This document shows, piece by piece, positions 8,850-19,442 of a stretch of DNA of 48,799 nt. A program made the position numbers and the translations under genes. The notes under the pieces are model-generated. The model worked only from the letters and a program-made list of their open reading frames with translations, searched no databases and had not been told where the DNA came from. This DNA comes from an uncultured bacterium. GTDB lineage: Bacteria; Hydrogenedentota; Hydrogenedentia; Hydrogenedentales; JAEUWI01. The first letter of the stretch is position 1, and each line of letters opens with the position of its first letter. Location: NCBI GenBank assembly GCA_963977445.1, contig CAXBPH010000010.1, positions 1-48,799 of the forward strand, in the 5' to 3' direction.

Positions 8850-11192
8850 TCAACCCTTACCAATCATTGTATTTGTTTGGGCCTTTAAGGCACCGTTTTC
8901 ATCCACCAGGACTACCACGGCGTCTTGCCCTTCCAGGTCTTCATCTTCGACAACAACGCTCCCCGTTCCATTATTTTTCATGGGTTTACTGCTCAATACC
9001 ACGCTGGAATTTGCATTTCCCGCTTGGGTACGAATATCAAGGACTAGCCCGGAAACGTCGCCATCAACGGCCACGGTACACCGAAGCCCTTTCCAAACCA
9101 CATCCGTAATTTCAATAAGATTCCCGGATGGACTTGCACCAGGTCTGGTCACCTTCAACTGAAGGGTCAGGCATTCCTGAAGGCTCAAGCCACCATGGGC
9201 ATATTCTTCACCATGTTTGAAACAGCTTATCCCATCGGCAAGGGCAAATTGCTGGTTCGGATCCCAATACCAGGGGTACAATCGCTCCTTGGTCTTTACA
9301 CCGGGTTTTACCGAGGCACACCGTCCCCATTTGTGTTCCGTCAATGCGGCAGCCAACTCTACTTTGGGCAATCCACCAGGCAGTAGAAGCCATCCATGGT
9401 CGGTGACCACATGCACCTGCTTCCAGCCCGCATCCAGCAACCCAGAGATTCGGTCACGGATTTCCGCCAAGAGCCCATCCAAGTGTCGCGCCAGTTTACA
9501 CCCCCGCTCATGACCTTCGTGGTCAATATCCCCAAAGGCACACCAGGCCTTCCCGGTACCATCTCCGTGTTCTGCGGGATCTAGAATGGTCCAACCGCCA
9601 TCGGTGAGTAATTTCTTCAGATGATAGCCACCCTTTAGGGACTGCCCAGTCTCCAGCACACCCGGCTCGAAGTCCGTATTGGCTTCCTGTCCCCGAATCT
9701 TGTCACGTACCGGGGTAACCGCCGGTTTACCGGTAGCCGTGACACTGGGCAATGCCGTCCAACAGGGAGACTCCGCCGCCGTCATCCCATCCTGATCCAA
9801 GAGGTCTTGCAGTCGTTTACCTACGTCAAACCGAAGGCCATCAACAAACAGAATACAATCCCCGTCCTGATAGACTGGCTTGGCCGCCGAAAGACAGGTA
9901 CCCCCCGGATAGGTCGTGCCATCCACAGATTTTTGAAGATGTCGCGCCGATTCCTCTGCCCAGGGTTGGTAAATGGCGCGAATGGCTACCGTAATGGCTT
10001 GCAGGTCTTTGGCGTTTTCCGATTCGGCCACGGCGCGTAACACAGCATCGTCCGCCATCCAACCCTGATGTTGATAGGCTGCGGCCATATCTTCTGCGGT
10101 ACCGGCCGCGATGGAGGTTTTGGTAACCTTGGCAAGAGCCGACAAGTGTTCCAGGGCCATCGCCAGGGGAGCCTGTCCCAGTTCCGCCCACACCAGGTTG
10201 CGGCGTGGTCCATGGGACTGTTCCAAGGCGAGCAACCGGGTTCTCCCGTCGTGGGCCGTGCATTGGTCGAGGGCCAACAAATCCGTTCGAAGGGATTCTT
10301 CCTGTTCCTCATTCCATTGGGGCCAACCCCCATGGGACTGAACATCGCTCAGTAGGTCTACCGGCGGCATGGGACATTGACATAGCCGTTGGGGGATACC
10401 AGGATACCGTTTCGGCGCTTCACAGAACCGTTCCCACGCCGAGCGCCAGGGGCCTTCCTGAGCCGCCAAGCGCTTCACCCCCTCCAAGATACCGTCGTTC
10501 TGTGGATCGAAGGCCAGGGTCGATTTACAGACCGATACGAAAGCCTTCCACTCCGCATTGCTCCGGCTATCCTTAAACACGTCGCCCTGGTCCAGCCAGT
10601 GGAGAAGATCCCGTACCGGATCGCCTCCGGTCAACAGGGTGTTGAAATAATCCTTGCCCAGCTGTTTTTCCTGAAGCAGATTCAGGTCTTCATCCAAGAG
10701 CCGTGTCAGGGCCAGTTGCATGGCGTTCTTTGCATCGTTGTCCTGCGATACATCCAATCCTAACCCACCCTGATCGGATTTGAGAAAGGCCAGGATGGTC
10801 CAATCTTTGGCATTGCCCTGGGACCAAATCGCCCCGCGATACTGCAATTCAGCGAGGGGTTTTAAGTGGTCCGGACAACTCTCTATTGCCCGAAGGTCTT
10901 GACGGCTTACGCTGGGAAGATACAGCACGGGTATTCGGTCCTCGGGGAGGGTCACATCTTCGGTGGTCCGGGCAATAAGGCACCGAAGCCAGATGGCTGG
11001 CCCGGTTCGCTTCTCCGGTGCATAGTCCCCCAAGCAGACCAGTTCGGGCAATTCCGCCTGTAGCAGGGGTATAGCCGTTTCCCACTGCCGGTCTTTGTCA
11101 GGCCACAACACACACGCCGGGGCAACCTCCACCTCCGCGTTGTGGGTGGATGCTTTCCGGATGGCCTTGATAAGTCCTTCGATTAACCTCAC
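8850..11192 (-). CDS. pglZ: BREX phosphatase PglZ (type B-like)
   Basis: LFVDGLRFD, LPSVTATGK, IDHEGH, VVTDHG and YAHGGLSLQE alkaline-phosphatase-fold motifs; GTGA overlap with the pglX stop. Confidence 0.9.
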   Translation of the reverse strand: MRLIEGLIKAIRKASTHNAEVEVAPACVLWPDKDRQWETAIPLLQAELPELVCLGDYAPEKRTGPAIWLRCLIARTTEDVTLPEDRIPVLYLPSVSRQDLRAIESCPDHLKPLAELQYRGAIWSQGNAKDWTILAFLKSDQGGLGLDVSQDNDAKNAMQLALTRLLDEDLNLLQEKQLGKDYFNTLLTGGDPVRDLLHWLDQGDVFKDSRSNAEWKAFVSVCKSTLAFDPQNDGILEGVKRLAAQEGPWRSAWERFCEAPKRYPGIPQRLCQCPMPPVDLLSDVQSHGGWPQWNEEQEESLRTDLLALDQCTAHDGRTRLLALEQSHGPRRNLVWAELGQAPLAMALEHLSALAKVTKTSIAAGTAEDMAAAYQHQGWMADDAVLRAVAESENAKDLQAITVAIRAIYQPWAEESARHLQKSVDGTTYPGGTCLSAAKPVYQDGDCILFVDGLRFDVGKRLQDLLDQDGMTAAESPCWTALPSVTATGKPAVTPVRDKIRGQEANTDFEPGVLETGQSLKGGYHLKKLLTDGGWTILDPAEHGDGTGKAWCAFGDIDHEGHERGCKLARHLDGLLAEIRDRISGLLDAGWKQVHVVTDHGWLLLPGGLPKVELAAALTEHKWGRCASVKPGVKTKERLYPWYWDPNQQFALADGISCFKHGEEYAHGGLSLQECLTLQLKVTRPGASPSGNLIEITDVVWKGLRCTVAVDGDVSGLVLDIRTQAGNANSSVVLSSKPMKNNGTGSVVVEDEDLEGQDAVVVLVDENGALKAQTNTMIGKG

Positions 11193-14100
11193 GTATTGGA
11201 ACCTCGTACAGCTTTCTTTTTGGCCAGGGTCAGGTGATGGTCATTGATGCGGTCGCCTCTGAATACGGGATACCAGGGGGCCGATTCCACGTCTTTACCC
11301 CGGTCTTTGGTCCATTTGATGTTGGGTTTGTCACGGAGAATACCCGCACCCTTCTTGCCCACATCGGGAACGGTGAGGAAGGGGCGAATGTTCATACGTA
11401 CGCCATCATTGAGGTCCGGGTCCCAGCCGATGGGTTGCTCTTCGAGGGGTTTCCAACGGACAAAGATGTCGTAAGGGGCTTCACCTTCCAGGATAAGCTC
11501 CAGGCTCTTTTTCAGGGTTTCGGCCCGGTCGAGTTTTTCCTGCGCACCATCGATGCCACTGGCGAGGTCTTGTTTTTGACGGCTGATCCAGTCGCCGAGG
11601 TAGGTATAGGTCAGGGTTTCCAGATTCTTCCGGTCGAGTTGGTGGTAATTGACCAGAGCAGCAAAGCCATCCCGGAGCCCATCCCAGATGTGCCAGATGA
11701 AGGGACGGTGCTGGAAGGTCTTGCAGTGTTGGGTGAAAAACTTGTCTCGCAGCCAGGATTCCAGCGATTTCCCAGTGTGGCTTGCGCTTTTTAGTAACTG
11801 GTTCTGGATATCACTGGACCAGGCGCTTCCATAGGCATCGGCCAGGAGGTTGAGTAGCCGGTCGGCGGCAGAGGCTTCCCCCCGGACGGGCGTGATACAG
11901 ACAATGCCATCCTCATCGGCATGGGGGAGTAGCGTTTCGCAACGATGAACCCATTCTCGCTGTTCCTTGGCCAGTTTCATGTCTGGGTCCAGTTCGGAAG
12001 GCCAGCGATAACCGAGGAGTCGGGCGACGGCCACTTGCAGTACTGTATCGTCGGTCCGCAGTTGGCCATGCGCAGTCCATTTTTCGTGTTCATCCCAGAT
12101 TACAGAGCCGCACGGATGACCGTGAAATATCCATTGAGTGGGGTCGACCGTATACGGTTTCGGTAACCCGTTTGGATACCTGCCCTGAGCGACCTGGTTC
12201 CAATGAGCCAAATCGAAAGGTACTTTTACTAGCGTTGCATTGGTAACTTTCAGGCTTTGGTCAATTTGACGTACTGCCTCGTTATATTCAGTCGAGGAAC
12301 AGAAACACCAGATAGCCGGGAGGTGGTTCATGTTGTGGGGAATTATCGTTGCTACGTTCTGATGAAACCTTTCTTTTCCGTAGTGATAGGGGAAAAGTTG
12401 CCCCATGCGATGAAGGGAGATACCCGACTTGCCGACGGCCTTTAGTCCTTTTGTGGGATATGCTGTCGGCAAAGATAAGAGCAGTCCTTCGCCTTTTTCC
12501 CATCTCACCATCCACGATTGCCCCGTATAGTCATTGAAGATTTCCGGTGTGGCCTGCATCAATTCCCAAATGTCGCCGTCCCTGAAATCGACTTCCCATA
12601 TAGCTGCAACAAACATTGGATCATCACTTGTTTGAAGTCCAACAAGCCCTTCTGAGTAGGCTCCTAATAATGGCAGATTAGCTTCTACTTCTAGTGATAC
12701 TCGGGCATCGGGATTGTCCAACTGTTTTACCTGTACGACACTCCTGATGGTGCCAGTAACCAGACGTTCCGCTTTCTCTGCGGCAGTACGCAAGTCCGAG
12801 ACATCCACTCCTCGAATCAAATTGCAGTTGTCATCATTGATGAAGAGTCCACCAGCCTCTTGACTTGGGCAACCACGGCTAAGAACAATTAATGCAGCCT
12901 TTACGACCTCTCCGCTGATAGTCTCAAATGCGCCTGGCCCCAACCTAGCAATTAACCGCCAAGTATCGCCGGTCAGCAATTTCTCGCGAAGCCTGCTGTA
13001 GCTAGTGAGAAATAGCCAATTTTGAGGCAATACCACGCTCGAAGTCCCCCCCTCGACACAGAGTTCCAGACAACGTTCAAGGAATACGGTTGCCAGATCG
13101 TTCTTAGCGGTCGAATATTGCTTTTCGCAGAAATCTCGCAGCCGCCCATGTTGCTTGCCGCGAGCCAGATAAGGCACGTTGGTGACGACCCATTGATATT
13201 GTTGGCCAAGTAACGTTGCGGCTTTCGCCAATCCTTGAGCCACGATTGCGGCTTCCTGTTTTTCATCGCCTTGCTCTTGGCCAAGGGCCTGCTCCAGTGC
13301 ACTGGATAGATCATCCCACCGCACCAGTTTGGCGGCATCGGTCTTGGCAGGATTGAGAAGACTTCCCAGGATAGGTGCGTCCTGAAAGGTATCGTGCATC
13401 CAATCGAGGGCCAGGGTCAGGTCTTTTCTTCCAAGACCGAGCTGCTTCCACTCTTCTTTAGCAACGCTCACAGAAAGGCCCGAGCAGGCCAGATTCAGTT
13501 CTGGCAGCAGTCTATAGCCACCCGCCCCTGGAAAGTTCCAAGCGGTCAATGCCAATGCAAAGGCCGCCAATTCTACACAACGCTGATCTAACTCCAGCCC
13601 ATGGATATTTTCCCGAAGCACCGCATCCACGGATTCCTGAGCGGACAAGCCTTCCAATTCCATCCGCATGGGCACCAGCATCAGGAAAGCAGCGACCAAA
13701 AAGTGGCCGGAGCCGCAACAGGGGTCCAGGGTCTTCAGCTCGCTCAAGGTTTCCGGCCAAGCCTCGAAGGTCCCTGCTGCCGGAGTCCAGGTGCCATCTT
13801 CCTCTTGCACGAACCGAAGGAATTCCAATGGAACGCCCGGGATGGACGCTTTTTCTCGGAGTTCCTCTTCACTCTTCGCGCTCTTTAAATCGGTCTCACT
13901 CAAGCGCCGAGCGGCCCACCATGCACCAAGTGCATTGTCCAAGAGGAAGGACACCATGTAGGGCTCGGTAAAAAGCTGGGTCACCGCAGGCAATTCCCGC
14001 GCCCCAATCTTGACCTCCGAGGCGTTAACCTCATCCTTCCGCTTGGCCTGCCAAAACTGATAGACCCAGCCCAGGGAATCCGACGCGGTGAAGACCTCTC

Positions 14101-14620
14101 CCGACAAATCAGCCACCAACCGCTCCAACTGCTGCTGATGTTCGGGGGGCAGTACCAACTGAAACACCGGCGAATCGGGCCGAAAGATCTGGGGCAACAT
14201 GCGAGCCGCAAAGCGTGCGGCCAATTCCCACCCATTCGCCGCTCCCTCATCAGCGGCCAAGTCCTCACATTCTTCCAGGGATATGGACACCGGATCGTCC
14301 GGGTCGGGGTACATGAGGAGATTGTTTTCCGCCAGGAACCGGGCGAAGAGCATGCGATGCCAGTGCTCATAGGCCACTTCCTCCAACAGCCGGTCCATGG
14401 ACTGGACCTTCTCACTTCCTAACGCATCCCCCAACTGGCGACCATGGATTCGAAGCTTACGCCGAAGCTGCCGTTCCTCCTCCGTCAAATGCCCCGGTGC
14501 GGAAGCATCTGCCACACCCAATTGCCCTAAGGCAGAACGTGCGGCGTCTTCGGCGATATCCCGTGCTTCCTTGACCGTCTTTTCCAGGGTATTCCGGAGT
14601 GATTTCTCCAGTGGCTGCAT
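11189..14620 (-). CDS. pglX: BREX N6-adenine DNA methyltransferase PglX
   Basis: LPAVTQLFTE, motif I DPCCGSGHFL, motif IV NVPY and C-terminal DLNDGVRMN. Start placed at MQPLEK, which follows a GGGGGAG RBS. Confidence 0.9.
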   Translation of the reverse strand: MQPLEKSLRNTLEKTVKEARDIAEDAARSALGQLGVADASAPGHLTEEERQLRRKLRIHGRQLGDALGSEKVQSMDRLLEEVAYEHWHRMLFARFLAENNLLMYPDPDDPVSISLEECEDLAADEGAANGWELAARFAARMLPQIFRPDSPVFQLVLPPEHQQQLERLVADLSGEVFTASDSLGWVYQFWQAKRKDEVNASEVKIGARELPAVTQLFTEPYMVSFLLDNALGAWWAARRLSETDLKSAKSEEELREKASIPGVPLEFLRFVQEEDGTWTPAAGTFEAWPETLSELKTLDPCCGSGHFLVAAFLMLVPMRMELEGLSAQESVDAVLRENIHGLELDQRCVELAAFALALTAWNFPGAGGYRLLPELNLACSGLSVSVAKEEWKQLGLGRKDLTLALDWMHDTFQDAPILGSLLNPAKTDAAKLVRWDDLSSALEQALGQEQGDEKQEAAIVAQGLAKAATLLGQQYQWVVTNVPYLARGKQHGRLRDFCEKQYSTAKNDLATVFLERCLELCVEGGTSSVVLPQNWLFLTSYSRLREKLLTGDTWRLIARLGPGAFETISGEVVKAALIVLSRGCPSQEAGGLFINDDNCNLIRGVDVSDLRTAAEKAERLVTGTIRSVVQVKQLDNPDARVSLEVEANLPLLGAYSEGLVGLQTSDDPMFVAAIWEVDFRDGDIWELMQATPEIFNDYTGQSWMVRWEKGEGLLLSLPTAYPTKGLKAVGKSGISLHRMGQLFPYHYGKERFHQNVATIIPHNMNHLPAIWCFCSSTEYNEAVRQIDQSLKVTNATLVKVPFDLAHWNQVAQGRYPNGLPKPYTVDPTQWIFHGHPCGSVIWDEHEKWTAHGQLRTDDTVLQVAVARLLGYRWPSELDPDMKLAKEQREWVHRCETLLPHADEDGIVCITPVRGEASAADRLLNLLADAYGSAWSSDIQNQLLKSASHTGKSLESWLRDKFFTQHCKTFQHRPFIWHIWDGLRDGFAALVNYHQLDRKNLETLTYTYLGDWISRQKQDLASGIDGAQEKLDRAETLKKSLELILEGEAPYDIFVRWKPLEEQPIGWDPDLNDGVRMNIRPFLTVPDVGKKGAGILRDKPNIKWTKDRGKDVESAPWYPVFRGDRINDHHLTLAKKKAVRGSNT

Positions 14621-14642
14621 GGTGTTTTTCTCCCCCTTTTCC

Positions 14643-17600
14643 TCATTGAATGATGATGGGACCATGCTTCAGGGCCTCACCGAGTTGCTGTTTGACGGCT
14701 TCCACCCAGGCATCGATATCCTCCTGGCTCTTCAGTGTAGGACGGGGTAACTGTACCGTCTGGGCCTTGGGCTCGCAAAGTTTGGCGGCACTAGCGGCTA
14801 CATTGTTGAAGCGGGATGACATGGCGGCCACCCGATCCCGGAAAGCGGCCAATCCACAACTCTCCAGACTATTCAGCACATCCGACGTCGTCTTTACATC
14901 GACCTTGGGCCGGGCGGCTTCGTGAAGATGCTGGCTTGCCATGAGTTCGAAGCGCTGTTCCGGCTCCAACAGCTGCCAGTTTGGGTCATCGTGCAGTCGT
15001 TTCATCCCCTCTTCATGTTGGGATTTGTAGGCTTCGTCCAGACGATTCAGCTCTTCCCGCAGCATTTGGGAGACGTTTTTCAGGAGCGGGGCTACGGGAT
15101 CGGGCTTGACCAAGAGCTGTCGCTGATCCTCGATGGTTTTCAACTGGGCCAACAGCACCTCGGCATCCGCTAGTTCCGTGGCGTGGGCCATAAGGCGGGC
15201 CAGGGTACTCCAATCGGATTGTCGGTCCGAAATCTGCTGGGCCAATGCCCCCCAGGACTCGATGGCGTCAATCAGTTCTTCACGGCGGTTGAAGATAGCC
15301 AGTAACTGTTCATTGCCCACCGTAAGACGGATTTCTTCGAGGAAGGCCGTATCGGGGCGTTGGGGTTTCGGGGGCTCACCACCAGCGGCGTCAGCCAGTT
15401 CCAACAATTTCTGGAGAAAGGCCGGAATATGGCTGGATTCTTCCCCTTGTTTGGCGGAGATACCTGCTTTTTGAAGTACCTTCCGGATTTGTATCCGTTG
15501 GGGTGTGGTGACTGTGGTGGACTCCACTTTGAATTCCGCTTTACCAATCGCTTTGCGTTCCAATTCACGGGGGTCAATGACCTTACCGTGGTCCGCTTCC
15601 GCACGAATCTGGCCCGACACCAGAAGGATTTGAAGTCCACCGTCAATGGCATCCCCAGACCACCCGTAGGGGGCACGCTCGAAGTTTTGCCGGATGTCTG
15701 CGCCACATTTTCCACCGGCGATATAACCGAGGACGGCCTTACATACCGGGTTACGGGCCACATCCCCGTCATCACTTACGGCCTTTAAGGCATCGGGTGC
15801 ACCAGTCTTGGCCTTGACATAGACTTTTGACCAACCGGGATGGTCGGCCGCCTGGAATTGGGGGTAGAGGCGCTGCATGGCGTTGTGAGCCGCTTCCAGC
15901 AATGCCGTCTGCAGGTTATCTCCGGTGATTTCATTGCCCCCCCCTTGGAATACCCGTGCCCCGGAAAAGGCATCGTTCAACAGTGAGTTGATACGTCCTT
16001 CGGCGCTTTGCCGGGTCGTTTCCATAGCGGAACGGGCTTCCGTGCCCTCGGGGGTATTGGGAACACCACGCTTGTCGAGTGTGGCCGCCGCTGCTTTGTA
16101 GTCGATGATTTGTTGACGCAAGTCATCGGCGGAACGTTTTGGAATGTAGACAAACACCGTGGGGGATTGATTGCCCGACTGGCGCGCATCGGCCCGAACG
16201 TCATTCTCACTGACACTCCATCCGTCGCGAACCCAAATGCAGATCTTCTGGTCGGCATCCTTGGGAAGCTCGGATTCGAACACGGGGGAAACATCACGCG
16301 GAACCTTGGACATACCTTGCGACAGATTCAGCCGTCCCCCCAATTTAGCAAAGGTTTTTCGAATGCGGTCATCCCGTTCAGCGTCTACCCGGTAGGCTTC
16401 GTTGGCAAGATTGGCCTGCTGGCCCAGGAACTCATCGTTCCAGGCCGTGCTCTCCTCCGTCTGAATGCGATATTCATCCCCGATTTTCATCAGGAGGTCA
16501 CAGGAGTCCAGCAATCCAGGCAGCTTACTTCGCAGCGATGCGGAACCTGTGGACAAATCCTCTACCATCAAATCGGCCACGGTATCTACCGTCGCCTGTA
16601 TACCGATTTCCGTGTTGCTGCTGGAAAGCTTGTTGATAAGGAACACCAGGCCACAGGCTCGGGCACGAAGCACATCATCTTCCTTACCCTTGCGCCAAGC
16701 CATCGTCTTTTCGTGGACTTTTCGGGGTAGGGTACGGGATTGGAGTAGTTTTTCCGCCGAATCGAAGTACAGGTAGTCGGCGGGGACCACATGGCCCAGA
16801 GAATCATCCAGATTGGTCTGAATGACCTTGTGCACCATGCTCAATTGATTCCGAACCTGGCTGTCGGTACCGGTTTGGTCCAGTACACGCAGGGTATTTT
16901 CCCAGAAGCGACGACGGACGGGGAGAATGGGATAATCCTGGCTGAAATCGGACACATCGTCCAGACGGTGGGCTATCTGCGTACCGGACAAGTGGCGGGA
17001 GACTTCCCCGATGTTCGCTTCCATCAGTTGCTGGATAGGTTCACGGGCCTCGGGTTTCTTGGCGAGGACCACCTGACGAACTACGGCATCCACATCGGTA
17101 TCGGAAAGCTCAATTCGAATGGTGAATCGACCCTCCAAACGTTTCAGATTGCTGGTGCCGGTCACGGCGGTCTGCCCTGTACCCACGACAAGGAGTTTAC
17201 CGCCGATATTCTTACAGCAGGCTTCGAGGGCTTCCTGCACTTCAATTGAGCGGTCAGGGCTATCCCCAATGAACTGTTGCACCTCATCCAAAATGAGCAC
17301 GGTAAGGGGAAACTTACCGTCTGTGGTGAGTGTCTGGCGAATGGCCTTGACCATTTCATCGCTGGAGACATCCTGCACAAAGGGATATAGATTGTTGAGC
17401 GTTTCCACACAGGCATCGGGAGAGCTGAAGAGCTTCGGCTTCGCTTTCACCAAGGCCTGGTGCAACCCCTCCGCCACATACATGTTGTCGAGTTCTTCGT
17501 CCCAATCGAGACCATCGTTGATGACATGGTCCCGGACTTCTTCATATATCCCCTCCTGCTTGAGCCACAACACCAGGCGGGCAACGGGGTACTGTTCGGG

Positions 17601-18080
17601 AAGGTCAGCCGATTTGAAAATAATTCGCAGGAGCGCAAGCCGTACACTGCCACTCGCTCCCGAACCTAGCGTTCCCGATGCAGCATGTACACCGCCGTGG
17701 CGTTTGCCTTGGGTGCTGAGTTCTATGAAGTGATCGCGAATGGAGTCTGGTAGATGGGCGATATCTCGGGCGGTCGCCTTGTCCGAGAACTCGGTATTCA
17801 TCCACAGTGCCCGCAGCATTTTTACCAAGTGGGATTTACCGGAGCCGTAGAAGCCACTCACCCAGACGGCGGGTTGCTGGGCTTGGTCGATGTTTTTCAG
17901 ATAGGTGTCGAGGATGTGGGCCATACCCCGTTCGTATTGGCCATCGCAGACGAAAGTCTCCAGCTCATAGCGCAGAACTTCACGGGCTTTGTCCGTATGC
18001 TCGTCGTTCACGTTGGCAACGCCTTCGTTTACCAACTTTCTGGAGGTCGGTTCGACCTGATAAACATCCCTATTAAGCAT
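14643..18080 (-). CDS. brxC: BREX P-loop ATPase BrxC
   Basis: WVSGFYGSGKSHL, LILDEVQQFIG, YPILP and APYGW motifs. Start placed at MLNRDVY, after a GAGGGG RBS. Confidence 0.9.
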   Translation of the reverse strand: MLNRDVYQVEPTSRKLVNEGVANVNDEHTDKAREVLRYELETFVCDGQYERGMAHILDTYLKNIDQAQQPAVWVSGFYGSGKSHLVKMLRALWMNTEFSDKATARDIAHLPDSIRDHFIELSTQGKRHGGVHAASGTLGSGASGSVRLALLRIIFKSADLPEQYPVARLVLWLKQEGIYEEVRDHVINDGLDWDEELDNMYVAEGLHQALVKAKPKLFSSPDACVETLNNLYPFVQDVSSDEMVKAIRQTLTTDGKFPLTVLILDEVQQFIGDSPDRSIEVQEALEACCKNIGGKLLVVGTGQTAVTGTSNLKRLEGRFTIRIELSDTDVDAVVRQVVLAKKPEAREPIQQLMEANIGEVSRHLSGTQIAHRLDDVSDFSQDYPILPVRRRFWENTLRVLDQTGTDSQVRNQLSMVHKVIQTNLDDSLGHVVPADYLYFDSAEKLLQSRTLPRKVHEKTMAWRKGKEDDVLRARACGLVFLINKLSSSNTEIGIQATVDTVADLMVEDLSTGSASLRSKLPGLLDSCDLLMKIGDEYRIQTEESTAWNDEFLGQQANLANEAYRVDAERDDRIRKTFAKLGGRLNLSQGMSKVPRDVSPVFESELPKDADQKICIWVRDGWSVSENDVRADARQSGNQSPTVFVYIPKRSADDLRQQIIDYKAAAATLDKRGVPNTPEGTEARSAMETTRQSAEGRINSLLNDAFSGARVFQGGGNEITGDNLQTALLEAAHNAMQRLYPQFQAADHPGWSKVYVKAKTGAPDALKAVSDDGDVARNPVCKAVLGYIAGGKCGADIRQNFERAPYGWSGDAIDGGLQILLVSGQIRAEADHGKVIDPRELERKAIGKAEFKVESTTVTTPQRIQIRKVLQKAGISAKQGEESSHIPAFLQKLLELADAAGGEPPKPQRPDTAFLEEIRLTVGNEQLLAIFNRREELIDAIESWGALAQQISDRQSDWSTLARLMAHATELADAEVLLAQLKTIEDQRQLLVKPDPVAPLLKNVSQMLREELNRLDEAYKSQHEEGMKRLHDDPNWQLLEPEQRFELMASQHLHEAARPKVDVKTTSDVLNSLESCGLAAFRDRVAAMSSRFNNVAASAAKLCEPKAQTVQLPRPTLKSQEDIDAWVEAVKQQLGEALKHGPIIIQ

Positions 18081-18091
18081 GGTTCCCCTCT

Positions 18092-18643
18092 TCATGATTC
18101 CCGGTCGGCAGTGATCGGAACGGCCAAATAATTCCATCCATCGTACCCATCGAGCAGACGGTAGTTATTCTTCTCGTAGCTACCAGGGAAAAAGACCAGC
18201 AAGCGGCCTTTCACCAAGGGAGCAAGTTTATCGACGACATCCTTGACCTTCAGGAAGCCAAACAGCGATCCGACCCCTTTGAGCGCAACGACGGTATTGT
18301 CGTCGGCCCCCCGTTGTTCCAGGGATGCGCTGAACTCTTCAGTAATGTAGTCGAGATATTTCGGAAGGAGTGTGGGCAGCAGGTGAGGCTTCTGAAAATA
18401 GCTCTTTGCATACCGTTGTGAAGCTAACCAAGTGGCAAACGTATCGGTCAGGTCGAAGGAGAGCCACTCATGTTCGGCCTGGTGTGTTGCCAACTCGAAT
18501 TCATCAAACCGGGCACGCAGCATACGCTCGTCACCCTCGGTATAGACGCAAAAGATGACCCGCTGGGCAGCAGCCGAATCGTCACGCCACGGAATGGCGA
18601 TATACTTCCCGAAGTTCTGGATTAAGCGCTTAACTTTGCTCAC
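18092..18643 (-). CDS. brxB: BREX protein BrxB (DUF1788-like)
   Basis: GVGSLFGF, LLVFFPGSY and NYLA motifs; lies between brxA and brxC. Confidence 0.85.
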   Translation of the reverse strand: MSKVKRLIQNFGKYIAIPWRDDSAAAQRVIFCVYTEGDERMLRARFDEFELATHQAEHEWLSFDLTDTFATWLASQRYAKSYFQKPHLLPTLLPKYLDYITEEFSASLEQRGADDNTVVALKGVGSLFGFLKVKDVVDKLAPLVKGRLLVFFPGSYEKNNYRLLDGYDGWNYLAVPITADRES

Positions 18644-19439
18644 GTAGCCACCCCATTTCCTCTTCCCGAATTATCCCTGGGAATTGTACATCAATTACGT
18701 CGCCGATTCGCTTGAAAATAATCCAGCCCTTGCGTGAAGCCTCTTCCGCCAGCTCTAGCGCACGTGAATAGGGACAGTCCAGTATGCCAATGAAATCGGA
18801 TTGGAAGAGCAGTCTTCCACGGCCACCGGAAATATAGGCTAGAAACAGTGCATAGGCTACGCTTCCTGGTGTGGGGGTAGATTCGGTTCGGACCTTCTTG
18901 ACTTTGCCTTTCAGATGGCCCGATTTGGTCCAACTGGAATTGATATTCTGAGCGATGGACTTCAAAGTAGCCGGACTAAACCGGTCCTGTTCCGCGCTTG
19001 CGACAATTTCTTCAACAGTTTCACGGGATACCACCGAGCCGACGGGGCGACGTTGCATGAAGGGTCCCGTCAGTTTAAAAACTGGATCGCGTGCGTAGAC
19101 ACACAAGAGGGCGAGTTGAGGGCGACCAGGTGTGTCTCGCTGCCAAAAATGGAGGAGCCCACGAAATACTGCCACCGAGGGATCAAGCGCATAAAGATCA
19201 ACAAGATGGCGGAAGGTGAGAGTACGGGTCTTCCCGGAGCGTTTTCCGAGTACGTTGTGCTCGACGATAGCCTCACGAAACGACTCGGGGTTGCAATCGG
19301 AAAGCTCCATGCTGTCAAGCAGCAATTCCAGTTCTTGAAGCATCATGGTCCGAGACATGTGCGCACCGCTTCTACCGTCTTTGAAGCCCAAGCGCGTCTT
19401 GACTGACTGATCACCTGGTGTATCTATGTCTGCACTCAA
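18630..19439 (-). CDS. brxA: BREX protein BrxA-like
   Basis: IVEHNVLGKRS...TLKSIAQNINSSWTKSGHL; first gene of the operon, overlapping brxB. TTG start after GGGGTGAGGA. Confidence 0.75.
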   Translation of the reverse strand: MSADIDTPGDQSVKTRLGFKDGRSGAHMSRTMMLQELELLLDSMELSDCNPESFREAIVEHNVLGKRSGKTRTLTFRHLVDLYALDPSVAVFRGLLHFWQRDTPGRPQLALLCVYARDPVFKLTGPFMQRRPVGSVVSRETVEEIVASAEQDRFSPATLKSIAQNINSSWTKSGHLKGKVKKVRTESTPTPGSVAYALFLAYISGGRGRLLFQSDFIGILDCPYSRALELAEEASRKGWIIFKRIGDVIDVQFPGIIREEEMGWLREQS

Positions 19440-19442
19440 TCC

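Noticed and set aside
6941..19406. Many plus-strand and alternate-frame ORFs within BREX
   Set aside because: Antisense or out-of-frame shadows of the well-supported genes.
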